Of a stretch of DNA of 64,000 bases, positions 10,514 to 20,392 are shown piece after piece. Position numbers and translations under genes: made by a program. Below the pieces are notes generated by a model, which had not been told where the DNA came from, did not search any database, and saw only the letters and a list, made by a program, of their open reading frames with translations. Location of the stretch: positions 20,789 through 84,788 of the forward strand of contig CALXEW010000005.1 in the NCBI GenBank assembly GCA_944387435.1. The letters run 5' to 3'. Numbering within the stretch: position 1 is the first letter of the stretch; every line of letters starts with the position of its first letter. This DNA comes from an uncultured Clostridia bacterium (GTDB lineage: Bacteria > Bacillota > Clostridia > TANB77 > CAG-508).

Positions 10514-11278
10514 ATGGCAATGTTAACATTAAAGACCAAAAAATATGCAATTAAAATAGACAATTTTGAGGGACCACTTGATTTATTGTGTCATCTAATA
10601 GATAAAAATAAAATGAATATTTATGATATAAATTTAAGTGAAATAACAGACCAATATATAGACTATTTAAAAGAACAAGAAAAAATGAACTTAGAAATAG
10701 CAAGTGAATTTCTAGTTATGGCATCTACATTATTATATTTAAAATCTAAGAATTTACTTCCAAAACAGGAAGAAGAGGAAGAAGAAATTACAGAAGAAGA
10801 ACTAATAAGAAGAATTATAGAATATAAGAAGTTTAAAGAAATAAGTAAAGTATTAAAACAAAACTATTTAGAATATTCAAATAGATATTATAAATTGCAA
10901 GAAAATATAGAACTTCCAAAACAAAAAATAGAGAAAGATTATGATAAAGATGTTATACCAGATATTTATAAAAATGTAATAGAAAAAAATGAACAAAAAA
11001 TAAACCAAAATGCTAAAAATATAGAAAAAATAGCAATTACGGACAATTATACAGTTGCAAGTAAAGTAAGACAAATGTTTAAGGTGTTGGTAAAGCAAAA
11101 GAGTTTTATATTTAATAAATTATTTTCTTTAAAGAAACATAATAAACAAGAAGTTGTAACGGCTTTCTCAGGATTATTGGAATTATCTAGGAGAAGTAAA
11201 GTAGAAACAGACCAAGAAGACTTATTTGGAGATATCTTAGTAAAAAAATCAAATAAAAAAGTGGTAAATGATAAATAA
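10514..11278 (+). CDS. scpA: Segregation and condensation protein A
   Basis: N-terminal FEGPLDLLxHLIxKNK ScpA signature. No scpB follows. Confidence 0.85.
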   Translation: MAMLTLKTKKYAIKIDNFEGPLDLLCHLIDKNKMNIYDINLSEITDQYIDYLKEQEKMNLEIASEFLVMASTLLYLKSKNLLPKQEEEEEEITEEELIRRIIEYKKFKEISKVLKQNYLEYSNRYYKLQENIELPKQKIEKDYDKDVIPDIYKNVIEKNEQKINQNAKNIEKIAITDNYTVASKVRQMFKVLVKQKSFIFNKLFSLKKHNKQEVVTAFSGLLELSRRSKVETDQEDLFGDILVKKSNKKVVNDK

Positions 11279-11352
11279 ATTTAATAAAATATGATTAAAA
11301 AAGAAATTTTTGGAAAAACTAGTATAAATCCTCTAAGAAGGAGGGGAATATA

Positions 11353-11967
11353 TTGGTTTTTCTTTTTTTAGTAATAACAATATTTTTATTATTAGTATTT
11401 TCAAAGATAAGAGTTGAAATACAAAACTTTAAGTTTATATCTTCTTTACCCAAACATGTAAATAAAGACTATATTATAATTTTAAAATTATGTATTTTAA
11501 AAAAGATTCCGATAATTAAATTAAGAATAACAGATGAAAAGATAAAAAAAATAAAGCTTAAAGAAAAATTAGAAAAAGTAGATATTAAAAAACTAGAAAA
11601 AGATATAAATATCAAAAGGATAAAAGAAATTTCTAAAAAAATAAAACTCTTAATAAAGAAGTTTAACTTAAAGATAGAAATAGGAACAGAAAATGCAAGT
11701 TTTACAGCTTTTATTATTCCTTTACTTAGTACTCTTGTTGCGTTTATTTTAAAAAAAAGAATTACAGACTATAAAAATCAAAAATTTAATATAAAACCAT
11801 TATTTTTAAATCAAAACTTAGTTAATATAGAATTTTCAGGTATATTTGAGATAAAAATGATACATATTATAAATATAATATATATCTTAAATAAAAAAGA
11901 GAAAGAAGGAGAGGATAAAAATGAGCGAACATCCAATAGAAGGTCTTATGCTTACAGCTATGAATAG
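11353..11967 (+). CDS. YtfI-like sporulation protein (DUF2953), Lys-rich
   Basis: N-terminal TM, K/I-rich, and immediately upstream of ytfJ. The 3' end overlaps ytfJ, so the true stop is uncertain. Confidence 0.5.
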   Translation: MVFLFLVITIFLLLVFSKIRVEIQNFKFISSLPKHVNKDYIIILKLCILKKIPIIKLRITDEKIKKIKLKEKLEKVDIKKLEKDINIKRIKEISKKIKLLIKKFNLKIEIGTENASFTAFIIPLLSTLVAFILKKRITDYKNQKFNIKPLFLNQNLVNIEFSGIFEIKMIHIINIIYILNKKEKEGEDKNERTSNRRSYAYSYE

Positions 11968-12538
11968 CATTCAGGATATGATAGATGTAAATACAATCAT
12001 AGGAGAACCAATTGAAACATCAAATAATATTGTAATTATTCCAATATCAAAAGTTTCATTTGGATTTGCAGCAGGTGGTAGTGAATTTAGTGGAGAGACT
12101 ATTAACGAATATAGTAAAAAAGAAAAAGAAGAAGAAATACAATATAGATTACCATTTGGTGGAGGTTCAGGAGCAGGTGTTACAATTAATCCAATTGCTT
12201 TTTTGGTAATACAACCTAATAATGTAAAACTTATGCCTGTAACACATAGCTCTTCATTAGATAAGCTATTAGATTATGTACCAGATTTAATTGAAAAAAC
12301 AAATAATATTATGAACAGATGTATTCAAAATAAGAAAGAACAAACAAACCAAATATTAAAAGAAATGCAGAAAAAACATGATAAAAATATGAAAAAACAA
12401 CAAGATGATAAAAAAGAAATAGAAAGAAAAATAGATGAAAGCACAAAGAAAATAACAGAAAGTAAGGAAGAAAAAGGTAAACTGGAAGAAGATACTGATT
12501 ATGAATTTGAATATGACGAAACATTAGAAGATGAATAA
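11921..12538 (+). CDS. ytfJ: Sporulation protein YtfJ/GerW family
   Basis: Conserved YtfJ core (IIGEPIETxxxxVIIPISKVSFGFAAGGSEF) with an acidic, low-complexity C-terminal tail. Confidence 0.85.
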   Translation: MSEHPIEGLMLTAMNSIQDMIDVNTIIGEPIETSNNIVIIPISKVSFGFAAGGSEFSGETINEYSKKEKEEEIQYRLPFGGGSGAGVTINPIAFLVIQPNNVKLMPVTHSSSLDKLLDYVPDLIEKTNNIMNRCIQNKKEQTNQILKEMQKKHDKNMKKQQDDKKEIERKIDESTKKITESKEEKGKLEEDTDYEFEYDETLEDE

Positions 12539-12656
12539 TTATTAAAAAATCCCTAAGTTTTAATAGCTAAGGGATTTTTTAATGCGCGTTTTCCTTGATT
12601 TTATGAAGGAAAAGGAGTACAATAGTAAAAGACTTTATAAATAAGGAGATATAAAT

Positions 12657-13571
12657 ATGTTATTTACAGTAGGTGTACCAGTGTACAACAAAAAGAAATA
12701 CCTAAGAAAATGTTTAGAAAGTGTAGAGAGACAAACATGTAAAGATTATGAGATACTATTAGTTGATGACTGCTCAACAGATGGAAGCAGAGAAGCATTA
12801 GATGAATTATCAAAATTTTCAGAAAAATATAGGTTAATTAAAAATAGTACAAACCAAGGATTAAGTAATAATAGAAATATTATTTTACAGAATGCTAAAG
12901 GAGATTATGTTGTATATCTAGATCCAGACGATACAATTGAACCAGATTTATTAGCAAGTATTGCAGAAGTCGCAAAAGACGACGTTGATATGATTAGATA
13001 TCAAATTAATGTTATTGGAGATAAACCAGGAAAAGACCCAGAAAGATTTAATTTCTATGAAAACTACGGAAGAAAAATGTCAGGAGAAGAGGCTTTAGAA
13101 TATTTTACACAAACAACTGACAGAAGATATGCATTAGCATGTTCATTTTGCTTAAGAAGAAATTTCTTTTTAGAAAATGGACTTACTTTTCCAACAGACA
13201 CAAGATTATATGAAGATTTAGCCACAATACCAATTGCACTAGCAAATGCTAATGGAGTTGTGATTATTGGATGCAAAGGATATAATTATGTAAAAAATGC
13301 AGATAGTTTAACAATGAGTATGGATTCAGCTGAAAATGCTACTGAAAGAAGAGATAGAGTATTGGAAAATCAAATGGCTTTCTTAAAGGCTTTCCAACGT
13401 GCACAAGTAGGAATTGCAGAGTCGCCAATATCCGATAAAGTAAAAGATATGTGCATTCAAGATATTTTTGAAAGAATAGAAAACCATAATAAAAGTCTAA
13501 AAGGAAGACTATTACAAAGTGAACCTCAAAAAGCTTTAGAAGAAGGAGAGAGTGTAGGAGATGATAGATAG
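12657..13571 (+). CDS. Family 2 glycosyltransferase
   Basis: GT-A motifs VPVYN...DDCSTDGS...DPDD. Confidence 0.85.
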   Translation: MLFTVGVPVYNKKKYLRKCLESVERQTCKDYEILLVDDCSTDGSREALDELSKFSEKYRLIKNSTNQGLSNNRNIILQNAKGDYVVYLDPDDTIEPDLLASIAEVAKDDVDMIRYQINVIGDKPGKDPERFNFYENYGRKMSGEEALEYFTQTTDRRYALACSFCLRRNFFLENGLTFPTDTRLYEDLATIPIALANANGVVIIGCKGYNYVKNADSLTMSMDSAENATERRDRVLENQMAFLKAFQRAQVGIAESPISDKVKDMCIQDIFERIENHNKSLKGRLLQSEPQKALEEGESVGDDR

Positions 13572-15201
13572 TAAGGTAGAAAGTTCGTTAAAAAAGATTT
13601 TTTTGAAAGATGATATTTCAAATTTTAAGAATATAACAGATATTAGAGCTTTTAAAGGAGAAAGAGTTTCTTACCAAATTGTATTGAAAACAAGTGAATT
13701 TCAAAAATACATATTAAATTATGAATTAGTTACTCCATTAAAAAATGTTGAGATTAATGTGGTTGGGTTTGTACCAAGTGAATGCCCAGTATATGAGCAA
13801 AAATTAGATGAATATTACATAACAAAAGAACCAGGGCTATTTCCAGATGTGCTATATCCTTTAGATAAAAATGATAATATTACTATTTATGAGTATACAA
13901 ATACAATTTTATGGATTACAGTGGAAATACCATATGATATAAAAGAAGGAAAATATCCTGTAATATTGAAATTACTTGGAGAAGATATAGAAAAAGAAAT
14001 AGGAATAAATATAAAGGTAGAAGAATTTGTTTTACCAAAAAACGATTTGATATATACTGACTGGCTACATAGTGATTGTATTGCTTCATATTATAATTTA
14101 GAAATTTTTTCTGAGGAATATTGGAATAAAGTTGAAGCTTTTATGAGGATGGCGGTAAAAACAGGAGTGAATACTATACTAACTCCAATTATCACGCCAC
14201 CAGTAGATACTAAAGTAGATGGAGAAAGACCAACTGTACAATTAGTAGATATTGAATTAAAAGAAGGAAAATATTATTTTAATTTTGATAAATTCGAAAA
14301 ATGGGTAAGAATAGCTAAAAAGGTTGGAATAAAAAATTTTGAAATGGCACATCTTTTTACGCAATGGGGAGCAGAATATACACCAAAGATAATTGTAAAC
14401 GAGAATGGAAAAAATATAAAGAAATTTGGATGGCATATAAAGGCAAGAAGCGATTCATATAAACAATTTTTAGAGCAATTTTTACCATCATTAGTAGAGG
14501 AAATAAGTAAGCTAGGAATAAAGAAAAATGTATTTTTCCATATATCAGACGAACCATCTAAAAAAAGAGAAAAGGATTTTGAAAACTATTTGTATGCAAA
14601 AGGGATAGTTAGTAAATATCTAAAAGATTTTAAAATAATAGATGCTTTATCAAATGTAGAGTTTTATAAAAAAGGATTAATAGAATATCCAATTCCAGCT
14701 ACAAATAAAATAGAACCATTCTTAGAGGAAAACATACAAGAAAGATGGTGTTACTATTGTTGTAGCCAAGCAAAAGATGTATCAAATAGGTTTATGGCAA
14801 TGCCATCATATAGAACAAGAATGCTAGGAATACAACTATATTTATTTGATATGATTGGTTTTTTACATTGGGGGTTTAATTTTTATTATTCTTATCTTTC
14901 TGAGGAGTTAATTGACCCATTTAAAACTACAGATGCAAAACAAACATATCCTTCAGGAGACTCTTTTATTGTTTATCCATATATAGATGGACCGATAGAG
15001 TCCATTAGAAGTAAAATTTTTTATGAAGGTTTACAAGATAGAATGATGTTAAAATTATTAGAAGATAAAATAGGTAAAGAAAAAACTAAAAATATAGTAG
15101 AAGAATTGGCAAAGAAAAAAATAACATTTAAAGATTATCCACATAATGAAGAATTTTTATTAGAATTAAAAGATAAAGTATTAAACGAATTAAAAAAATG
15201 A
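13561..15201 (+). CDS. DUF4091/GH123-like putative glycoside hydrolase, translationally coupled to the GT2 gene
   Basis: 546 aa, overlaps the GT2 stop by 11 nt. The family assignment is from memory. Confidence 0.45.
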   Translation: MIDSKVESSLKKIFLKDDISNFKNITDIRAFKGERVSYQIVLKTSEFQKYILNYELVTPLKNVEINVVGFVPSECPVYEQKLDEYYITKEPGLFPDVLYPLDKNDNITIYEYTNTILWITVEIPYDIKEGKYPVILKLLGEDIEKEIGINIKVEEFVLPKNDLIYTDWLHSDCIASYYNLEIFSEEYWNKVEAFMRMAVKTGVNTILTPIITPPVDTKVDGERPTVQLVDIELKEGKYYFNFDKFEKWVRIAKKVGIKNFEMAHLFTQWGAEYTPKIIVNENGKNIKKFGWHIKARSDSYKQFLEQFLPSLVEEISKLGIKKNVFFHISDEPSKKREKDFENYLYAKGIVSKYLKDFKIIDALSNVEFYKKGLIEYPIPATNKIEPFLEENIQERWCYYCCSQAKDVSNRFMAMPSYRTRMLGIQLYLFDMIGFLHWGFNFYYSYLSEELIDPFKTTDAKQTYPSGDSFIVYPYIDGPIESIRSKIFYEGLQDRMMLKLLEDKIGKEKTKNIVEELAKKKITFKDYPHNEEFLLELKDKVLNELKK

Positions 15202-15234
15202 TGGCTTCCCATCATTTTTTGATTTAGAAGATTA

Positions 15235-16584
15235 TTAATTCCTTAATAAATCAACCCAAGAGTAATAAACATTTTTGATAATTGAGAATAAACCTATTTT
15301 GTCTACATCTTCTTTTGCAACAATGTTAACAGTAGAAAGTACTTCGCCATCAAGAGTAAAAGATATTTCACCTAGCTTTTGACCTTGTTTAACAGGAGCA
15401 GACACATTTTCTTCTAAACTAAGAACTTGTTCTACATCTTTATCAGTTCCTTTTTCTAATAAAGTTCCACTATTTTCTTCTAATATTGCATCTACTTCGT
15501 CTTTTGTACCTTTATTTACAGAAATAGTTTTTACAATATCATTTTTTTGGCCAAATTCTTTGTATGAAAAGGTATTAAATCCATAATCTAAAAGTTTAGT
15601 TGCATTTTCAAACCTTATTTTACTAGAAGGAGCTTTCATAATAACAGCAATTAAAGATAGATTGTCACGAGTAGCACTTGCTGATAAATTGTATAATGCA
15701 AGAGATGTGGAACCTGTTTTTAAACCAGTAGCTCCACTATAGTTTTTTATAAGTTTATTAGTATTAGAAAGCTGGGATTTTCCGTCACGTAGGGTATCCA
15801 TCCATATAGTTGTATATTTTGTAACATCAGGATGATTCTCTAAAAGTTCTCTTGACATAAGAGAAATATCATAGCTAGATGTTACATGGCCATCTTCATC
15901 TAGTCCATGGCAATTTTTAAAAGTTGTATCATTCATACCTAGTTCTTTTGCTCTATCGTTCATCATTTGAACAAAAGCTTCTTCAGTTCCAGCAATATAT
16001 TCTGCCATTGCTACTACACAGTCATTTGCAGAATTTACACAAATTGCTTTTAACATTTCATCTACTGTTAATGTTTCTCTAGGGTCAAGCCATATTTGGG
16101 ACCCTCCCATTGAAGCTGCATTTTCGCTACAAGGAACTTCATCAGTTAGGTTGATTTTTCCACTGTCTAAAGCTTCCATAATAAGGAGTATACTCATAAC
16201 TTTAGTTACAGAAGCAGGATGTAACTGTTCGTGAACGTTATAGGCATATAAAACCTGACCTGTAGTTTGTTCAATTAAAATTGCAGAGCCACAATCTAAT
16301 CCTAAGAAATTATCATCTGCAACTTCAGAATTTGTTTCTTCTACTACGTTTTCAGTAATTGTTGAGTTATTTGTTATATTAGTATTAGTTATATTGGCAG
16401 TATTATTTACATTTTGTCTAGTGTTTGTGTTATTAATAATATTTTCATTTGTAATACTTGCTGATGTTTCAGCAGTGGCTGACCAAATATAACTAAACTC
16501 ACTTGCAAGACTAGGAAATGCTAATAAAGAAAAACAAAAAGTAAAAACAAAAAAAAGACAAATAACTAATTTAAAAGTTCGCAT
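15235..16584 (-). CDS. D-alanyl-D-alanine carboxypeptidase (serine type, PBP5-like) with an N/T-rich linker
   Basis: SxxK motif (ASVTKVMS), SGN and KTG boxes. Signal peptide with a GGAGGG RBS. Confidence 0.85.
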   Translation of the reverse strand: MRTFKLVICLFFVFTFCFSLLAFPSLASEFSYIWSATAETSASITNENIINNTNTRQNVNNTANITNTNITNNSTITENVVEETNSEVADDNFLGLDCGSAILIEQTTGQVLYAYNVHEQLHPASVTKVMSILLIMEALDSGKINLTDEVPCSENAASMGGSQIWLDPRETLTVDEMLKAICVNSANDCVVAMAEYIAGTEEAFVQMMNDRAKELGMNDTTFKNCHGLDEDGHVTSSYDISLMSRELLENHPDVTKYTTIWMDTLRDGKSQLSNTNKLIKNYSGATGLKTGSTSLALYNLSASATRDNLSLIAVIMKAPSSKIRFENATKLLDYGFNTFSYKEFGQKNDIVKTISVNKGTKDEVDAILEENSGTLLEKGTDKDVEQVLSLEENVSAPVKQGQKLGEISFTLDGEVLSTVNIVAKEDVDKIGLFSIIKNVYYSWVDLLRN

Positions 16585-16656
16585 AAAAATCCCTCCAATT
16601 GATATTAAAATATATGCAAAGTATATTTTAAATATTCAAAGTAGAGGGGAAATAGA

Positions 16657-17376
16657 TTAAACGGGTTTTACTGAGTTAATAGTAATTGTAACACTTGAGT
16701 CATCTGTTGAAGCTTTTATTTTTATATCGTATCCAGAATTGTTTACAAATTTTAAGTCATAACTACCATAAGCAACAGCAGCATCTTTTCCTTTCTTTAC
16801 ATAAGGTACATCATTACTATGTTCATGCCTTTCAGTTACATCTAATGAAGAAACTGCTAGAACAGCATTGTAAAGGGTACTACTTACTTGACAGTTACCA
16901 CCACCAAGCCCTTTTGTTTTATTACCATCATGGTCATAAACATCCGCTTCTTGATATCCTTTTTCACTTGTAGCTTTACCAACTGTTCCACAAAAAGAGA
17001 AAGTAGAGCCATTTTTTACAATAGTATCATTTAATGTGTTACAAGTGATTTTTATATTATTTTGTCTTGCAAAATCTTTAGAATATATTTTAGTAGAAAA
17101 AGTTGCTAATTGTACTTCTGTATATTGAGGTTCTTTCTTTTCTTCAGATGTACTAGATGTATTTATGTTGTTTTCGTTTTCTTGACTTTGTTTGTTTTCT
17201 TCTGTATTATTTTCAATTGAATTATTTTCTTTTTGGCTATTATCAGTAGTAGATGTTTTATTTGCTTCATAATTTGTATTATCACTATTTTGTGTAGATG
17301 TCATATAAAAATATATTCCAACACCAAATAAAATAACTAATAAGATTATTAATAAAATCCAAAATTTATTTTTCAT
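16657..17376 (-). CDS. VanW-like exported protein with a signal anchor and N/S/T-rich linker
   Basis: Start chosen at MKNKFWILL (RBS GGTGA). The VanW assignment is tentative. Confidence 0.4.
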   Translation of the reverse strand: MKNKFWILLIILLVILFGVGIYFYMTSTQNSDNTNYEANKTSTTDNSQKENNSIENNTEENKQSQENENNINTSSTSEEKKEPQYTEVQLATFSTKIYSKDFARQNNIKITCNTLNDTIVKNGSTFSFCGTVGKATSEKGYQEADVYDHDGNKTKGLGGGNCQVSSTLYNAVLAVSSLDVTERHEHSNDVPYVKKGKDAAVAYGSYDLKFVNNSGYDIKIKASTDDSSVTITINSVKPV

Positions 17377-17556
17377 TTTAATCACCATTTTTATTTTGTC
17401 CATAAAAAAATATTTTACTATTCCAAAAAATTCAAAAATTTTTAAATTACATAGGGAATATAATATATAAATAAAGGATTATTTTTTAAAGTATTTGACA
17501 TTTTAAGAAAATAAAAGTATAATTAATATGTAGTTAAAATTTTAAGGAGATATATT

Positions 17557-17733
17557 ATGCTTGCAAAATATTGGAAAAAGATAGGCATGTTAATATTAAT
17601 AATAGCATGTGTATTTAATATAATGAGTAAACTAGTACATAAGTTGTCATTAAATAAAGAAATGTTATATTCAGCAGAATATATGTATGAGCAACAAGAA
17701 AATGAGGTAAATGAAGAAAATCAAACAAATTAG
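17557..17733 (+). CDS. Small membrane protein (58 aa), absent from the supplied ORF track
   Basis: Strong RBS (AAGGAG, 7 nt spacer), one TM helix and an acidic tail. Confidence 0.4.
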   Translation: MLAKYWKKIGMLILIIACVFNIMSKLVHKLSLNKEMLYSAEYMYEQQENEVNEENQTN

Positions 17734-17814
17734 TAAAAATTACTTGAAAAAAAATAAAAAATATGTTATTATAAAAAACAGTCATGTTATTTAAATTAAA
17801 GAGAGGTGAACAAA

Positions 17815-18015
17815 ATGAAAAAAGATATACAACCAGAATACAACCAAACAACTATCACATGTGCTTGTGGTAATGTTTTAGAAGTTGGTTCAACTAAAAA
17901 AGATTTAAAAGTAGACGTATGTTCAAAATGCCATCCATTCTGGACAGGAAATTTAAGACAAGACACAGTTGGTGGTAGAGCAGACAGATTTAAAAAGAAA
18001 TATGGTCTTGAATAA
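17815..18015 (+). CDS. rpmE: 50S ribosomal protein L31
   Basis: MKKDIQPEY...C-x-C...C-x-x-C...RF, canonical L31. Confidence 0.95.
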   Translation: MKKDIQPEYNQTTITCACGNVLEVGSTKKDLKVDVCSKCHPFWTGNLRQDTVGGRADRFKKKYGLE

Positions 18016-18121
18016 TAAAAAAATGAGGATTTTTGGGGTAGAAATTTTATTTCTGCTCCATTTTGTTTTTTACTTGCAAAATTTTAAAAAATATAATAAA
18101 ATATGCAAGCAGGAGGTAAAT

Positions 18122-19540
18122 ATGGGTACATCAAATGAAGTAAAAAAACAAAGAGAATATATAGAAAAAGTAAGAAAAATTAATGAAGATAGAAAATGTA
18201 AATATAACATACTAACAATGGGATGTCAGTTAAATGAAAATGACAGTGAAAAATTATCTGGTATGTTAGAAGAAATGGGATATGCTAGAACTGATAATGT
18301 AAAAGATGCAGATATAGCTTTATTTAATACATGTTGTGTAAGAGAAAATGCAGAAGATAAGTTATTTGGAAAATTAGGAGAATTAAAAAGACTAAAAGAA
18401 GAAAAAGGGCTTATTATTGCAATTGGTGGATGTATGATGCAAGAAAAACATATAACAGATAAAATAAAGACAAGTTATCCTTTTGTAGATATATTATTTG
18501 GAACACATACATTATATAAATTTCCAGAAGACTTATATAGAGCAATTGAAGAAAAAAGAAAAATAGAAGATGTTATAGATGTAGAAGGAAAAATTTATGA
18601 AGGTTTGCCAATAAAAAGAGATAGTAAAATAAAGGCTTCTGTAACAATAATGAATGGCTGTAATAATTTTTGTACATATTGTATTGTACCATATGTTCGT
18701 GGAAGAGAAAGAAGTAGAAGTCCTAAAGATATAACAGATGAAGTAAAATCTTTAGCAAAAGAAGGATATAAAGAAATAACACTTTTAGGACAAAATGTAA
18801 ATTCATATTTAAGAGTAGAAAAAGAAAAAAATATTTCATTTTCCGAATATGAAGGCATAAATTCATTTGCAACACTACTAAGAGCAATAAATAAAATAGA
18901 TGGAATAGAAAGAATACGTTTTGTGTCACCACATCCAAAAGATTTTACAGATGATGTAATAGAAGCAATAGCGGATTGCGATAAGGTATGCAAATTAATC
19001 CATTTACCGCTTCAATCTGGAAATACTAAAGTTTTAAAAGAGATGAATAGAAAATATACAAAAGAACAATATCTAGAATTAGTAGACAAAATGAAAAAGA
19101 AGATTCAAAACCTGACTCTATCAACAGATATAATAGTAGGATTTCCAGGTGAGACAGATGAAGAGTTTGAAGATACTTTAGATGTTGTAAGAAGAGTGAA
19201 ATTTGAACAAGTATATATGTTTATATATTCAAGAAGAGTTGGAACACCAGGAGATAGAATGCCAAATCAAGTAACTGAAGAGATAAAACATAAAAGATTT
19301 GATAGATTAAAAGAATTAGTTGAAAGCGGGATAGAAGAAAACAACCAAAAATATGTAGGAACACTACAAAAAGTGTTAGTAGAAGGGAAAAGTAAAAATA
19401 ATCCAAATATGTTAACTGGAAGAACTGATAGTAATAAGGTTGTTATCTTTGAAGGAGACAAAAATTTAATTGGGAAAATGGTAAGTTTAAAAATAGTATC
19501 AGAACATATGTGGTACTTAAAAGGAGAAATAAATGGATAG
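18122..19540 (+). CDS. miaB: tRNA-i6A37 methylthiotransferase MiaB
   Basis: Radical-SAM CxxxCxxC (CNNFCTYC) plus MTTase and TRAM domains. Start set at MGTSNE with RBS GGAGG. Confidence 0.9.
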   Translation: MGTSNEVKKQREYIEKVRKINEDRKCKYNILTMGCQLNENDSEKLSGMLEEMGYARTDNVKDADIALFNTCCVRENAEDKLFGKLGELKRLKEEKGLIIAIGGCMMQEKHITDKIKTSYPFVDILFGTHTLYKFPEDLYRAIEEKRKIEDVIDVEGKIYEGLPIKRDSKIKASVTIMNGCNNFCTYCIVPYVRGRERSRSPKDITDEVKSLAKEGYKEITLLGQNVNSYLRVEKEKNISFSEYEGINSFATLLRAINKIDGIERIRFVSPHPKDFTDDVIEAIADCDKVCKLIHLPLQSGNTKVLKEMNRKYTKEQYLELVDKMKKKIQNLTLSTDIIVGFPGETDEEFEDTLDVVRRVKFEQVYMFIYSRRVGTPGDRMPNQVTEEIKHKRFDRLKELVESGIEENNQKYVGTLQKVLVEGKSKNNPNMLTGRTDSNKVVIFEGDKNLIGKMVSLKIVSEHMWYLKGEING

Positions 19541-20390
19541 AGAAGTGTTTTTACAAGCTTTTGAAGAATTTTTAAAAGGGAAAAGTGCTAGAAAGATAGA
19601 AGAAGATTATCATATAAATAGAGATACATTTGTTAGAATATGTAGAGAAAATTTGCCAGAAGGCTCAAAAAGAAGGCAAGAATTTGAAGAAAGACTTGCA
19701 CATAATAAAGAATTATCAAGAGTAGAAATAGGAAAAGAAGATGTTAGAAGTGCTTTTTTTCAGTTGGTAAATGGGGAAAAAGGGTTAATGGATTTAGCAT
19801 CAGAACTAGGAGTGCACTACCAGACATTAAGGGAAAGGCTTATAGAATTTGTAAATAATTCACAAGATGAAGAAATTAAAAGAAGATATGTTGAATATAA
19901 ACAAAAAGCCAATCCAGATTATTCTTTTATTAATTTTAAAGCTTTAATTATTGAAATGATAAGAGAAGATATGAGTCAAAGTGAGATTGCAAGAGTGTAT
20001 GGAATTCCACCGCGAACAGTAAGTAGAGAATTAGATAAGTTAAAAGATGACGAATATTATGAGTCATTATATAGAATTGGAAAAGAACATTCTGAAAGAA
20101 AAATGAAACGAAAGCCTTTTACAAATTTAGAGTCATATCTAATTGATAATACATTAAGTGGATTTGTTGAAGGTCCAGTTATTATTGATGATAGTATACC
20201 AAAAGAAAAACAAGAATATTTAAAACAAAAGAAAATATTAGAAAGAGCAGATAGTATTGAAGGTACTAACAAAAATAAAGCAAAAGCATTAGGTATTAGT
20301 GTTAGTACATTAAGAAGAATGAGAATAAAAGTAGCAGAATATGAAAAGTTAGAAGAACAAAAAGATGAAGAAGGAAAGGAAGATAGATAG
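19533..20390 (+). CDS. Hypothetical protein with about four tandem helix-turn-helix-like modules, tightly coupled between miaB and mutS
   Basis: Repeated S/T-x-x-EIA/LG-x-x-x-T-V/L-R-R segments. Overlaps the miaB stop and ends 2 nt before mutS. Confidence 0.5.
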   Translation: MDREVFLQAFEEFLKGKSARKIEEDYHINRDTFVRICRENLPEGSKRRQEFEERLAHNKELSRVEIGKEDVRSAFFQLVNGEKGLMDLASELGVHYQTLRERLIEFVNNSQDEEIKRRYVEYKQKANPDYSFINFKALIIEMIREDMSQSEIARVYGIPPRTVSRELDKLKDDEYYESLYRIGKEHSERKMKRKPFTNLESYLIDNTLSGFVEGPVIIDDSIPKEKQEYLKQKKILERADSIEGTNKNKAKALGISVSTLRRMRIKVAEYEKLEEQKDEEGKEDR

Positions 20391-20392
20391 AA

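Noticed and set aside
17969-18121. 5' extension of miaB overlapping rpmE
   Set aside because: The extension runs through the rpmE stop and terminator region. The conserved MiaB N-terminus with a GGAGG RBS starts at 18122.
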